Origin: Hyphomicrobiales bacterium
GTDB taxonomy: Bacteria > Pseudomonadota > Alphaproteobacteria > Rhizobiales > JACESI01
Reading direction: 5' to 3'
DNA: 64,000 nucleotides
Assembly: GCA_039964305.1 (NCBI GenBank)
Contig: JBDVXS010000103.1
Span: 281-64,280, forward strand
The position numbers and the translations under genes were made by a program. Below the pieces are notes generated by a model. It had not been told where the DNA came from, did not search any database, and saw only the letters and a list, made by a program, of their open reading frames with translations. Positions 20,482 to 29,153 of this stretch are shown one piece after another; positions within the stretch are counted from its first letter, which is position 1; every line of letters begins with the position of its first letter.

Positions 20482-20766
20482 ATGTCGTTTTTAAAAAAGC
20501 TGTTTGGTGGCGGGGAAAGTGTGCCAAAGCCAGGAAAACCGTCCGTTTCCATTGATTATAACGGCTATAAAATTACGCCTGCACCGATGAAAGACGGATC
20601 GCAGTTTCGACTTGCGGGCACGATTGCCAAGGAAATTGACGGCGTTGAGAAAAGTCACATGTTGATACGTGCTGATACATACCCAAGCAAAGAGAGTGCG
20701 GAAGAGGCGACGCTTGCAAAGGCACGCCGTGTTATTGATGAACAGGGCGACATGATTTTCGCCTAA
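20482..20766 (+). CDS. HlyU-family (alphaproteobacterial) small protein
   Basis: MSFLKKLFGGG...YNGYKITPAP...GSQFRLAGTIAK...LIRAD...KARRVIDEQG pattern. Confidence 0.8.
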   Translation: MSFLKKLFGGGESVPKPGKPSVSIDYNGYKITPAPMKDGSQFRLAGTIAKEIDGVEKSHMLIRADTYPSKESAEEATLAKARRVIDEQGDMIFA

Positions 20767-20954
20767 TTTTGCGTAATAGGAAAACCTTCATTAAGGTCAA
20801 TTGAGCGAGTTATGTTTTGAAAAGGACAACCTTGTTTTACAAAAAAACTGACTCGTGAGGAAAATTACTGTATGTGTACGCATGGTTGAGGTACGAATTT
20901 AGGCAGTCAGCTGCTTTAGATCGTCAGTCTGCATAGAATATCAAAGGGAGTGAT

Positions 20955-21443
20955 ATGAGCATTGATATTGAAAATTATTTGGACGCTTTCGGAATAGTGG
21001 CGCCATCTATGTTGCAGCAACCACATTTCAGACGAAATTTGGCTCGTATCGTTATGACCATTCATATGATGAAGGCTGATAAGGTTGTAAAACCGTCAGA
21101 GACTTCGTTTTTAGCCAATATGGTTCAAGCAAAATTTGACCTTGATGATGAGACATCTCAGCAATTGGCAGAGGAATTATGCGACGATAGTGCTCTTGCT
21201 CCCGATTTGCCTGCTTTGGTAACTTATATCAAATCGATTTCTACCGTTGTCGAACGCGCTGATTGCGTGCGCGAAATGTGGGAAATTGCAGTGTGTGATG
21301 AAGAATTGCACACGTTAGAAGACAATTTTGCCTACCGTTGTGCCGAGCTTTTGGGTTTGGAAACCAGCGAACTTTCTTGGCTTCAAGAATTAGCCGTTGA
21401 AACACTGCTTGGCGGCGAAGACAAACTTCAACGCTCGCAATAG
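20955..21443 (+). CDS. TerB-family protein
   Basis: MKADKVVKPSE and WEIAVCDEELHTLED repeats of the TerB fold, ending AELLGL. Confidence 0.75.
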   Translation: MSIDIENYLDAFGIVAPSMLQQPHFRRNLARIVMTIHMMKADKVVKPSETSFLANMVQAKFDLDDETSQQLAEELCDDSALAPDLPALVTYIKSISTVVERADCVREMWEIAVCDEELHTLEDNFAYRCAELLGLETSELSWLQELAVETLLGGEDKLQRSQ

Positions 21444-21619
21444 CGTTGGCGCCAAGCTTTAACTGCTTGAAATTTTCAATAACGTTTGTGTCAATATGCA
21501 GACCCCGAAAATAACGCGGGGTTCATGCAGCGTTATTGGTATGTGTAAATGACCGTTACTAAATCATAGTTGTACGCAACGAGCCGTTTCTTCCAGCGGC
21601 AAGATTTAGGAATATAACA

Positions 21620-22150
21620 ATGTCACTTTTTACTTTTGACCACGCTCATAATAATAACATCTCCCTCTCAACTGTTTTAACAACAACACTGCTTGCAGGC
21701 GTTGTCTCCCTCGGCGTTTGGGAAATTTGGTCGAAAGTATTGGCTCCGTTTTATATGGGTGGCGCACTGACGCCTGTTGGTCTGGTGAAATCATCGCTTG
21801 GCATTGGTAAAGAGACATTCGGCGCAATTGGCGCAGCGAGCGCTAACGCGGTCGGTAATGCGGTTGCTAATGGCATTCATTTGGTAACAGGCCTTGTTGC
21901 CTTCCCCCTTGGTTATATGGTGGGCGCACGCCCAATCTCTAACGCCGTATTGCCGAACCTTCCGTGGTGGGCAACAGGTGCTGCTTATGGTGTCGCGCTT
22001 TATATCTTCGCAATGTACATCATGGCGCATTTGTTCGCAGGCTTCCCGCCATTCTTCGGCTTTAATGCGCTGAGCCAAGCAAGCTTAATCGGTCATGTGG
22101 CACTGGGTGTATCCATTGCTGGCGTGGTTGAAAAACGCAGCGAAGGCTAA
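21620..22150 (+). CDS. Hypothetical integral membrane protein
   Basis: 176 aa with 4-5 TM segments and two intramembrane His (GIHLVTG, LIGHVALG). AGGA RBS. Confidence 0.75.
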   Translation: MSLFTFDHAHNNNISLSTVLTTTLLAGVVSLGVWEIWSKVLAPFYMGGALTPVGLVKSSLGIGKETFGAIGAASANAVGNAVANGIHLVTGLVAFPLGYMVGARPISNAVLPNLPWWATGAAYGVALYIFAMYIMAHLFAGFPPFFGFNALSQASLIGHVALGVSIAGVVEKRSEG

Positions 22151-22209
22151 CCCTCCCTCTCCTCCCAAAGAGACAAAACCTCCCTCCAAAACTTTGTTTC
22201 TTTCCTGTC

Positions 22210-22240
22210 AAAAACCTCGGCTCTTGAGCTGGGGTTTTTG
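22210..22240 (+). terminator. Rho-independent terminator
   Basis: aaaaacctcggct-cttg-agctggggttttt. Confidence 0.7.
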
Positions 22241-22354
22241 CGTTTTGGGGTGGGTGAGGGGTGAACTATGTGTACGGGATTGATTAAAAAAACGGAGCGA
22301 CTTGTTTAAAATTCGCAGACTGCCTAGGTTTAATATAAGTAAAAAGGGCAGGGC

Positions 22355-24010
22355 ATGGATGTTTTAGAAATAAAAACGCGAGAAGAGCTTGAGGCGTGGT
22401 TTGAACAGCGTCCACCTGCTGTTGCACAAGTGGTTGCCGCTCGCGCTGCTTTGAGGTCGCTTCCTTATATTGTTGAAGCGAAAAACGATGAAAATTTTGA
22501 AAGCAGAGTACTTTTACCAGTTCTTAGGGCTGTAACAATACCTTGGGCTGCTTTGAGGTATCCAACCCACAATATTTATTTTTTGGCTGCGAAAGCCGCA
22601 TACTTCAACGCTTCTGGGCTTGCCGAGCGTACGGCGACCCATGCAGCTTTTGCTACTGGAGCGGATGTCGTCATCAGTGATGCCGCTGCCCATGCGGTCA
22701 ATTTTTCCTATGCAGCAACTCTTATCGATGCTTTTTGGAACGAAAGTTTGCAGGACTGTGCTTTTCTTGAAGGTGCCATTGAGCAAGGTGATGAGATTGA
22801 ACACGCCGCCCGCGACCTTGCAGGGGAGCCCTCATGGCGCACTCAACCAATGCCTGCGGAGGCCCTTGAGCGTTGGGGGGAGTTGAAGGGCTCTCTGTCG
22901 AATGCAGGAGACAAATGGCATGTGTGGCGTGATTGGTATCAGGCGCGGCTTGACGGCGGTAAGACGATTGATGTGCCGAATGATCTGCTGGAAGACTTAG
23001 ATGTTCGCATCGCGACCTTGGATGAGGAGCTTTGGAAGCAAGGGCCCGCTGAGGTGAATGCGAAAATTCAAGAGTTGATGGATGGGACTCTGGAAGTATT
23101 AGCGCTGAGCTTATCTGACGATATACCACCGCAAGAACCTGCCAGCATCAAACCTGAATGGCGGGGAGACTTCTTAACGCTACCCAATACTAAGGCACAA
23201 GATGACTTGTCTGGAGCCTCGATTGAAGCAGCTTTTGGTTCGCTAATTGATCAAGTTGAAGACGTTATCCAAGGTATTTCGAGTGAATCTAACATTGATC
23301 CCCGAGTGTTGAAGTACCTCGAAAAACTTCGTGATAAAATTCCAACTGAAGTTCCCAATGAGCGAACTTTGTTTTCACTTGGTCATGATCAGGAAAAACT
23401 GGGTCATTTGGTGAATTCACAATTAGAGGAATGGTCAGCAGACGTTGCCGCTGGGATGCATAGCTTGCATCTCCAATTTGAGCGAACGATTGATAAGTTT
23501 CCAGAATGGCGAGCATTTAAAGCATCACATGGTCGGGATGCATTTTCAGAAGATGAAATCAAAGAAATCTCGATTATTGCCGAGAATGTAGTGGATCAAT
23601 TGGAGCCGCTTGTAGAACAAGGTGCGGTTGATTCAGAGATTGTTTCGGCTTTGCGCGGTTTTGCGAATGTCTTGGTAAGCGATTTCACGCCAGAGGAAAT
23701 CTTAGTCAGTAATGATTTATTGGCTGCAGATGTCTTGGAGGTGGTAAACAATATCCTCAAATCTCTTGCGAGTTGGGCATTGGAAAAATCAAAAATACTT
23801 ATAAAGAGTTTGGACAAGGGAGTTGATAAAGTTGCTGAGCAAGTTGGCCATGATGCAACAGTTGGTCTCTATAATCTGGTCAAAAATTTGTTGAAGGTAT
23901 CTGTTTATGGCGCGAGTGGTGTAACAATGGTTACAGTTCCTATAGTGAAACTATTCCCTAAAACCTTTGAGTGGCTGCAACCTGTTTTGAAGTCTCTACT
24001 TGGTATTTGA
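22355..24010 (+). CDS. Hypothetical protein (Ala-rich N-terminus, Trp-rich WHVWRDWYQARLDG motif, helical C-terminus)
   Basis: 551-aa ORF with a plausible RBS. No characterised family recognised. Confidence 0.75.
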   Translation: MDVLEIKTREELEAWFEQRPPAVAQVVAARAALRSLPYIVEAKNDENFESRVLLPVLRAVTIPWAALRYPTHNIYFLAAKAAYFNASGLAERTATHAAFATGADVVISDAAAHAVNFSYAATLIDAFWNESLQDCAFLEGAIEQGDEIEHAARDLAGEPSWRTQPMPAEALERWGELKGSLSNAGDKWHVWRDWYQARLDGGKTIDVPNDLLEDLDVRIATLDEELWKQGPAEVNAKIQELMDGTLEVLALSLSDDIPPQEPASIKPEWRGDFLTLPNTKAQDDLSGASIEAAFGSLIDQVEDVIQGISSESNIDPRVLKYLEKLRDKIPTEVPNERTLFSLGHDQEKLGHLVNSQLEEWSADVAAGMHSLHLQFERTIDKFPEWRAFKASHGRDAFSEDEIKEISIIAENVVDQLEPLVEQGAVDSEIVSALRGFANVLVSDFTPEEILVSNDLLAADVLEVVNNILKSLASWALEKSKILIKSLDKGVDKVAEQVGHDATVGLYNLVKNLLKVSVYGASGVTMVTVPIVKLFPKTFEWLQPVLKSLLGI

Positions 24011-24037
24011 GTTGTATTCTCACTATCTAAAAACGCT

Positions 24038-24931
24038 CTACCCCCGTCGCCCCTTTTCCACCGCATCCAGAATAAACTTCGGCAAAGCAAAACTCGCGGC
24101 GTGCACGTCAGGGGTATAATACTTCGTTTCAAAGCCAGCCGCTGCAAACCGTTCTTGCAACGTTTCCACGCTCACCCGTCGTAGGCCTTCATCATCACTT
24201 GCCCAGCCCAGTGCGATGTGGCCGCCGATATACGTTGGCACGGCGGCGATGTAGGCGTAGGCGTCTTGGAACAAGTTTGAGAAGTGGCGCACAGAGCTTA
24301 CCAGTTCGTCTTCTTGCAAAAATGGCACGCCGTTTTGAGTGACCAGAATGCCGCCATCTGTGAGGCATTTTTTGCAATTGGTGTAGAACTCTTTGGTAAA
24401 GAGCACGGCACCTGGGCCAACAGGGTCGGTTGAATCGATAATCACCACATCAAAGCGGTCGCTCGTTTCGCCCACATAGGCCGCGCCATCGGCGATCACC
24501 AAATCAAAGCGCGGATCGTCAAACACAGGCGCATTGAACTCGCTGAAATGTTCTTTGGAAAAATCGACGACGGATTGATCGATTTCTACTTGGGTGAGGC
24601 ACTCGACGCCCTTGTGCTTCAACACCTCTTCCGCCAAGCCACAATCACCGCCGCCGATGATCAAAACACGTTTCGCCTTGCCATGAGCAAACAGCGGCAC
24701 GTGGCTCATCATCTCGTGATAAATGAACTCGTCTTTGGTGGTGACTTGTGTTGCGCCATCCAGCATCAACACTTTGCCAAACAGTGGGTTTTCAATAAGC
24801 GTGAGGTGCCATTCTTCGGTTTTTTGCTCGTATAAAACGCGGTCCATTTTGAAAGAAAACTGGATGCCGTCGTGCAATGTTTCGCTTACCCAGCCGTCAT
24901 TTAAGGAGGGCGTGTTTGACGTGTCAGTCAT
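24038..24931 (-). CDS. speE: Polyamine aminopropyltransferase (spermidine synthase)
   Basis: LDGATQVT, DEFIYHEM, LIIGGGDCG, VEID and DVVIIDSTDPVGP. Confidence 0.95.
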   Translation of the reverse strand: MTDTSNTPSLNDGWVSETLHDGIQFSFKMDRVLYEQKTEEWHLTLIENPLFGKVLMLDGATQVTTKDEFIYHEMMSHVPLFAHGKAKRVLIIGGGDCGLAEEVLKHKGVECLTQVEIDQSVVDFSKEHFSEFNAPVFDDPRFDLVIADGAAYVGETSDRFDVVIIDSTDPVGPGAVLFTKEFYTNCKKCLTDGGILVTQNGVPFLQEDELVSSVRHFSNLFQDAYAYIAAVPTYIGGHIALGWASDDEGLRRVSVETLQERFAAAGFETKYYTPDVHAASFALPKFILDAVEKGRRG

Positions 24932-24936
24932 GTTGT

Positions 24937-25344
24937 TTAGCTCACTTTGTCGCCGCGTTTGAGGTTTGTCACTTCCACCTTATTCGCTTTAAAAGCGTCG
25001 GCGAGAATATCAATGCATTTTTCTGGTTCGGTATCGCCGCACATAAAGACATCAAAGGCTGCGAAGCCTGCCTCTGGCCATGTGTGAACGGAAATATGGC
25101 TCTCCGCCAAAACCGCCACGCCGCTTACGCCTGTGGGTTCAAAGGGGTGCAAATGGATATGCAATAAAGTCGCCCCAGAGGCTTCAATACAGGCGCGCAT
25201 CGTGCGCTCAATATGGGCTTGATCATCCAATTGCTGCGCATCGTAAAGATCAATAATGAGATGCGCACCCGCGAAGGTTACGCCACCTTTGGTGACGAAA
25301 TGATCTAGATTATTTTTCAAAAAACACCCACGTTTACAGGACAC
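24937..25344 (-). CDS. speD: S-adenosylmethionine decarboxylase proenzyme (start uncertain; TTG at 25320 is an alternative)
   Basis: GAHLIIDL, GVSGVAVLAESHISVHTWPE (E-S pyruvoyl cleavage site) and DVFMCG. Adjacent to speE. Confidence 0.93.
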   Translation of the reverse strand: MSCKRGCFLKNNLDHFVTKGGVTFAGAHLIIDLYDAQQLDDQAHIERTMRACIEASGATLLHIHLHPFEPTGVSGVAVLAESHISVHTWPEAGFAAFDVFMCGDTEPEKCIDILADAFKANKVEVTNLKRGDKVS

Positions 25345-25433
25345 TCGAATATGCCCGAAACTTGTATTGTTTTATCGGTTATAAAGCTAGCTGAAAGCGC
25401 AGGTGGAGCGATGAAATATTTTTGTATTTAGTT

Positions 25434-26189
25434 TTACTGCACCAATTCCCACGTCATGTTTACGCGAACGGAAATTGATGCTTCGCCACCTGATACGGGT
25501 GCAAGGGCCGCTTCTGCAATGGGGAGGGCTTTTGCGACACCTTTGAATTGGGGAGGTCGGCGGCCAGCGCCGCCTTCTGAAATTCCGAGCACTTTGCCAA
25601 GTGATGCGCCAGCGGCTTTTGTGTAAATCTCTGCCTTGCGTCTTGCATCAGCAACAGCCTTCACCCGTGCTTTATCCATCAATTGTTCTCGGTTTGAAAC
25701 ATCAAAACGGATATTGCCGAGCGAGTTGGAGCCGAACTTGACGACTTCGCTGATTATCTTGCCTGTGTTTTCAAGTTCAACAATTTTCACCGTTACGGTG
25801 TTGTTCACTTCGTAAGCCACAATACGCGGTGGGCGGCGCTCATCGCCTGATGATGCGCGGTGATGCACATAGCGTGGCTGGACGGAAAAGTTCGAGGTTT
25901 GGATATGTTTGCGCTCAATGCCGGCCTCTTCTAAAACGTCAAACACATGGGCCATGCTGTTGGAATTTTTACTGAGAGCTTCCTCAGCCGTTTCACCCTC
26001 GCTGATGATGCCTGTTGAAATATAGGCAATGTCCGGCTCTGTCACGATGGTGCCAGTCCCAAGGATAGAAAACCTTGGTATGGGTTTGTCGTGGGCGTGC
26101 GCGCCCGTTAGACTGAGGCCTGTTAGAGCGAGTGATGTGATGATGGTGAGTGCTGATAAAAAAGAACTTTTGAAAGGTCGAAATTTCAT
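25434..26189 (-). CDS. SIMPL/DUF541 periplasmic protein
   Basis: Signal peptide, EPDIAYIS, IQTSNFSVQPRY, AVADARRKAEIY and LGKVLGISE. Confidence 0.9.
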   Translation of the reverse strand: MKFRPFKSSFLSALTIITSLALTGLSLTGAHAHDKPIPRFSILGTGTIVTEPDIAYISTGIISEGETAEEALSKNSNSMAHVFDVLEEAGIERKHIQTSNFSVQPRYVHHRASSGDERRPPRIVAYEVNNTVTVKIVELENTGKIISEVVKFGSNSLGNIRFDVSNREQLMDKARVKAVADARRKAEIYTKAAGASLGKVLGISEGGAGRRPPQFKGVAKALPIAEAALAPVSGGEASISVRVNMTWELVQ

Positions 26190-26365
26190 AATTGTTTCCC
26201 TGTTTAATATAGGAGGAATGCCAGCGCTTCGTGGCAAGAGTTTGACCGTGCATTACTATAAAAATCTAGCCTCTTTTGTTCGCATGGCATATTGTTCCGT
26301 GAATAAGGTCTTGTATCGTGCGTTCTGCGTGATATAGCGACATTAGCCAATTCGTTGGCTTGGTA

Positions 26366-26442
26366 GGGCGTGTAGCTCAGTTGGTTAGAGCCGACCGCTC
26401 ATAACGGTCTGGTCGGGGGTTCAAGTCCCTCCGCGCCTACCA
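26366..26442 (+). tRNA. tRNA with CAT anticodon, most likely tRNA-Ile2 (lysidine-modified); elongator Met is less likely
   Basis: Full cloverleaf: GGGCGTG acceptor, D-arm TAGCTCAGTTGGTTAGAGC, anticodon loop CTCATAA, GGTTCAAGTCC T-arm and encoded CCA. Lacks initiator features (C1:A72 mismatch, three consecutive G-C pairs in the anticodon stem). Confidence 0.93.
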
Positions 26443-26776
26443 CTTTAAAAACTAAACTCTGTTTTATCTGACTATCCTCAATCGATGCCATCCTAATTTC
26501 TCACGTTCCTTGGCCGTTACGGTGATGCAAGCATCATCTATTCGAAGGTGGTGCGGCGATAACCCTGAAAACACGTCAGCTGGGTGATCCAAAAACGGGA
26601 AGCCGTTCATAAGGACGATGTGGATTAGGAAGTAAAGTTGGAGGTGTAGGAGCCGTATTATAATCTTCACAGACCATACGGTGCATTCAATGGAAAAAAT
26701 TTATGACGCTCTCAAAGGAAAGCTTAAAGAACTAAAAATAATGTTTTGCCGATAACAGCGTTTGATAAGTAAAGGT

Positions 26777-27580
26777 CTATAATTCAGCGCCAAGCCGAAA
26801 CGAAATTTTCTTCGATATATCCTTGATGTTTTGAATAACCGTTGCTTCACCAATTTCTTCAATGGCATCTGTTGATAGGCTCACGGCAACGCCGGCAATT
26901 GGCTTGTTATTAGAGTTCAGTACAGTGACCCCATAACAGACCATACCCAGTTTGACCTGTTCACAATCAACTGAATGACCTTGAGCGCGAATGACGGCTA
27001 ATTCATCAATCAATGTATCCAGATCTTGAACGCTGTTGTCGGTAAGAGGTTTGGGGAAAGTCGTCCCGATGAGACGGCGCACGTCGCTTTCGGACATATA
27101 ACTCAAAAAAGATTTGCCAGTTGCAGTGAACACGGCAGGCAATCTCATCCCTATCCGAAAATCATAACCCACTGACAATTCCGAGTTCCGTGCCGCGATA
27201 TAAACGACTTCACTGCCCTCTAAGACGGACAACGTAATTGTAGCACCTGGTAAGCTACTACCTTCGTCCCAGATTGTGGCGAACTCTGTTGCGACGTCAG
27301 ATTCATAGGTGAACCGATTCGCCCATCGCATAATGTGAGGCCCTAATTGATAGGTCTGATCAGGCTTCTTTAGCAGCAGGTTTAGTTCAGTCAACGTTAC
27401 GCAAATTCCGTGGACGCTGCTCTTCGCAATTCCAATTTCCTCTGCAATTTCAGTGATATTGAGAGTTTTTTGTGACTTTGCAACAATGTCTAAAACGTTT
27501 GCGCCTTTAACAAGTGCTGGTACCAGTTTTGGTTTTTTATCTGGTTCCTGCACGCCCATTTTTCTCTTTATCCGATCCAC
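26777..27580 (-). CDS. attJ: IclR-family regulator, BlcR/AttJ-like (alternative start ATG 27559)
   Basis: VPALVKG...IAKSSVHG HTH, LGPHIMRWAN, EGSEVVYIAARNS and FRIGMRLPAVFTATGK closely parallel Agrobacterium BlcR as recalled. Divergent from an attM-like gene. Confidence 0.8.
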   Translation of the reverse strand: MDRIKRKMGVQEPDKKPKLVPALVKGANVLDIVAKSQKTLNITEIAEEIGIAKSSVHGICVTLTELNLLLKKPDQTYQLGPHIMRWANRFTYESDVATEFATIWDEGSSLPGATITLSVLEGSEVVYIAARNSELSVGYDFRIGMRLPAVFTATGKSFLSYMSESDVRRLIGTTFPKPLTDNSVQDLDTLIDELAVIRAQGHSVDCEQVKLGMVCYGVTVLNSNNKPIAGVAVSLSTDAIEEIGEATVIQNIKDISKKISFRLGAEL

Positions 27581-27644
27581 AAATTTTCTCTTTTTATGTC
27601 AGGTGATTGAAACTGGTTTTATCTCTATTTTTTAAAAACTGAGC

Positions 27645-27706
27645 TTGACTCTAACTCCCATAATGATCAGTATTCGACATATTGTAAAGCGTTCAATATA
27701 TGGAAC
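27645..27706 (+). promoter_or_regulatory. Putative operon promoter with IclR operator(s)
   Basis: TTGACT-N17-CAGTAT (27645-27673), followed by TTCGACATATTGTAA and the near-palindrome GTTCAATATATGGAAC (27691-27706). Confidence 0.55.
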
Positions 27707-27841
27707 AATTGTTTGGAGGAGAGCAGGCGTTGCAAACAAACAAAGATTTGAATCCTGCTTTGGTGGGCGGTAGCCTATGCTTAGTGGGTGCTGAGCTATT
27801 CAATTTCACTCTTCCAAGCGCAGCAGGAACTGGGACAGACG

Positions 27842-28225
27842 ATGACTGTTAGTGACTGGGCCGTAAAATTCAGTGAAGCCTCTGATCAAAATAAAACGAT
27901 CGCCGCCATGGCGCGTTATTTCACCTGCACCTACATGCTCGATATGGAGCACGAAAAGGTCATTGTCGAAATGATCGATGGTAAAGTCTACCGTATGAAC
28001 ATAACGCCCGGTGGCATGGATGCTTACGATTTTGCGCTACGCGCCAGTGCGCAAACATGGCGCGAATTTGCCCAGGCAGTTCCCAAGCCAATGTTCCATG
28101 GGATCTGGTCAGCGAGTTTTCGCAAAGATTTGACGATTGAAGGGAATACGCTTGTTCTTATGCAGAACCTGCGCAATTTCACGGTGCAGTTTGAACTGCT
28201 TCGCAAGGTAGGGGTGCCGGTATGA
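27842..28225 (+). CDS. Hypothetical protein, probable SCP2 (sterol carrier)-like fold
   Basis: 127 aa. The pattern YDFALRASAQTWREF...LTIEGNTLVLMQNL resembles SCP2-like domains. Confidence 0.55.
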   Translation: MTVSDWAVKFSEASDQNKTIAAMARYFTCTYMLDMEHEKVIVEMIDGKVYRMNITPGGMDAYDFALRASAQTWREFAQAVPKPMFHGIWSASFRKDLTIEGNTLVLMQNLRNFTVQFELLRKVGVPV

Positions 28226-28265
28226 CGTCAACCAATACTCTGATTAGTAAGGCAGTCTTAGCAAC

Positions 28266-29120
28266 ATGGTAAAACACTCACCAGTAACTGGACGGTATGT
28301 AACATTCGATGTCGATGGGTGTGAATACAAAGTTTTCTATCTTCAAAATGGTAGCGGAACACCGTTAGTCTGTCAGCACACTGCAGGTTGTCATAACCAT
28401 CAATGGCGAGACCTGCTCGAAGATGAAGAATTCACATCGCGCTACAACGTCATCGCCTATGACCTACCTCGACACGGCAAATCCGATCCGCCCCACAACA
28501 AGAAATGGTGGGAAGAGGAATATCGTTTAACAGCCGATCATTTTGTCAATTTCATTGTGAAGCTTTGTGACGCATTGGAACTCGACAATCCAATTTTCAT
28601 GGGTTCCTCGTTTGGGGGCAATGTAGCGCTTCAACTTGCGCTAAGACATCCAGATCGTTTTAGAGCTGTCATTCCAGTTGAAGCTGCCTCGCATGCTCCT
28701 GGTTTCTTCCTTGATCTATGGAGACATCCCCATGCAAACGCTGCACAAGTTTGTGCCAGTGGTGTTTGGGATCTCATGGCCCCTCAGAGTCCTGAAAAGG
28801 ATCGTTGGCTCACTTGGCATTATTATACCCAAGGGTCAGAGGCGTTTAAGGGCGACCTTTATTTTTACTCCGTTGACCACAACATCACGGATCAACTTTC
28901 CCAGATCGATACCAAAAGGTGTCCCGTCATTATGATGACAGGCACTTACGATTATTTGACGCCGCCTGAAGCGACTGAAGAAACGGCTCGGAATATTCCT
29001 GGTGGCATCTACATTGAAATGGAAGATATCGGGCACTTCCCGATGAGCGAAAACCATGCATTGTTTAGAGAGTATCTGCGCGAAGCCCTGAGAATTATTG
29101 AAGATCGCACTGATGCCTGA
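28266..29120 (+). CDS. Alpha/beta-fold hydrolase
   Basis: YDLPRHGKS, nucleophile elbow GSSFGG, acid (GTYD) and catalytic His in IGHFPMSEN. Confidence 0.9.
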   Translation: MVKHSPVTGRYVTFDVDGCEYKVFYLQNGSGTPLVCQHTAGCHNHQWRDLLEDEEFTSRYNVIAYDLPRHGKSDPPHNKKWWEEEYRLTADHFVNFIVKLCDALELDNPIFMGSSFGGNVALQLALRHPDRFRAVIPVEAASHAPGFFLDLWRHPHANAAQVCASGVWDLMAPQSPEKDRWLTWHYYTQGSEAFKGDLYFYSVDHNITDQLSQIDTKRCPVIMMTGTYDYLTPPEATEETARNIPGGIYIEMEDIGHFPMSENHALFREYLREALRIIEDRTDA

Positions 29121-29153
29121 TTACTTGGTAACTGAATATAATAAGAAAGCTTG

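Noticed and set aside
26464..26670. 68-aa minus-strand ORF after the tRNA containing SPHHLR...LGW, reminiscent of a tyrosine-recombinase box II
   Set aside because: Motif spacing is too short, there is no downstream catalytic Tyr and no other integrase sequence. Could be chance, so it is not called a pseudogene.
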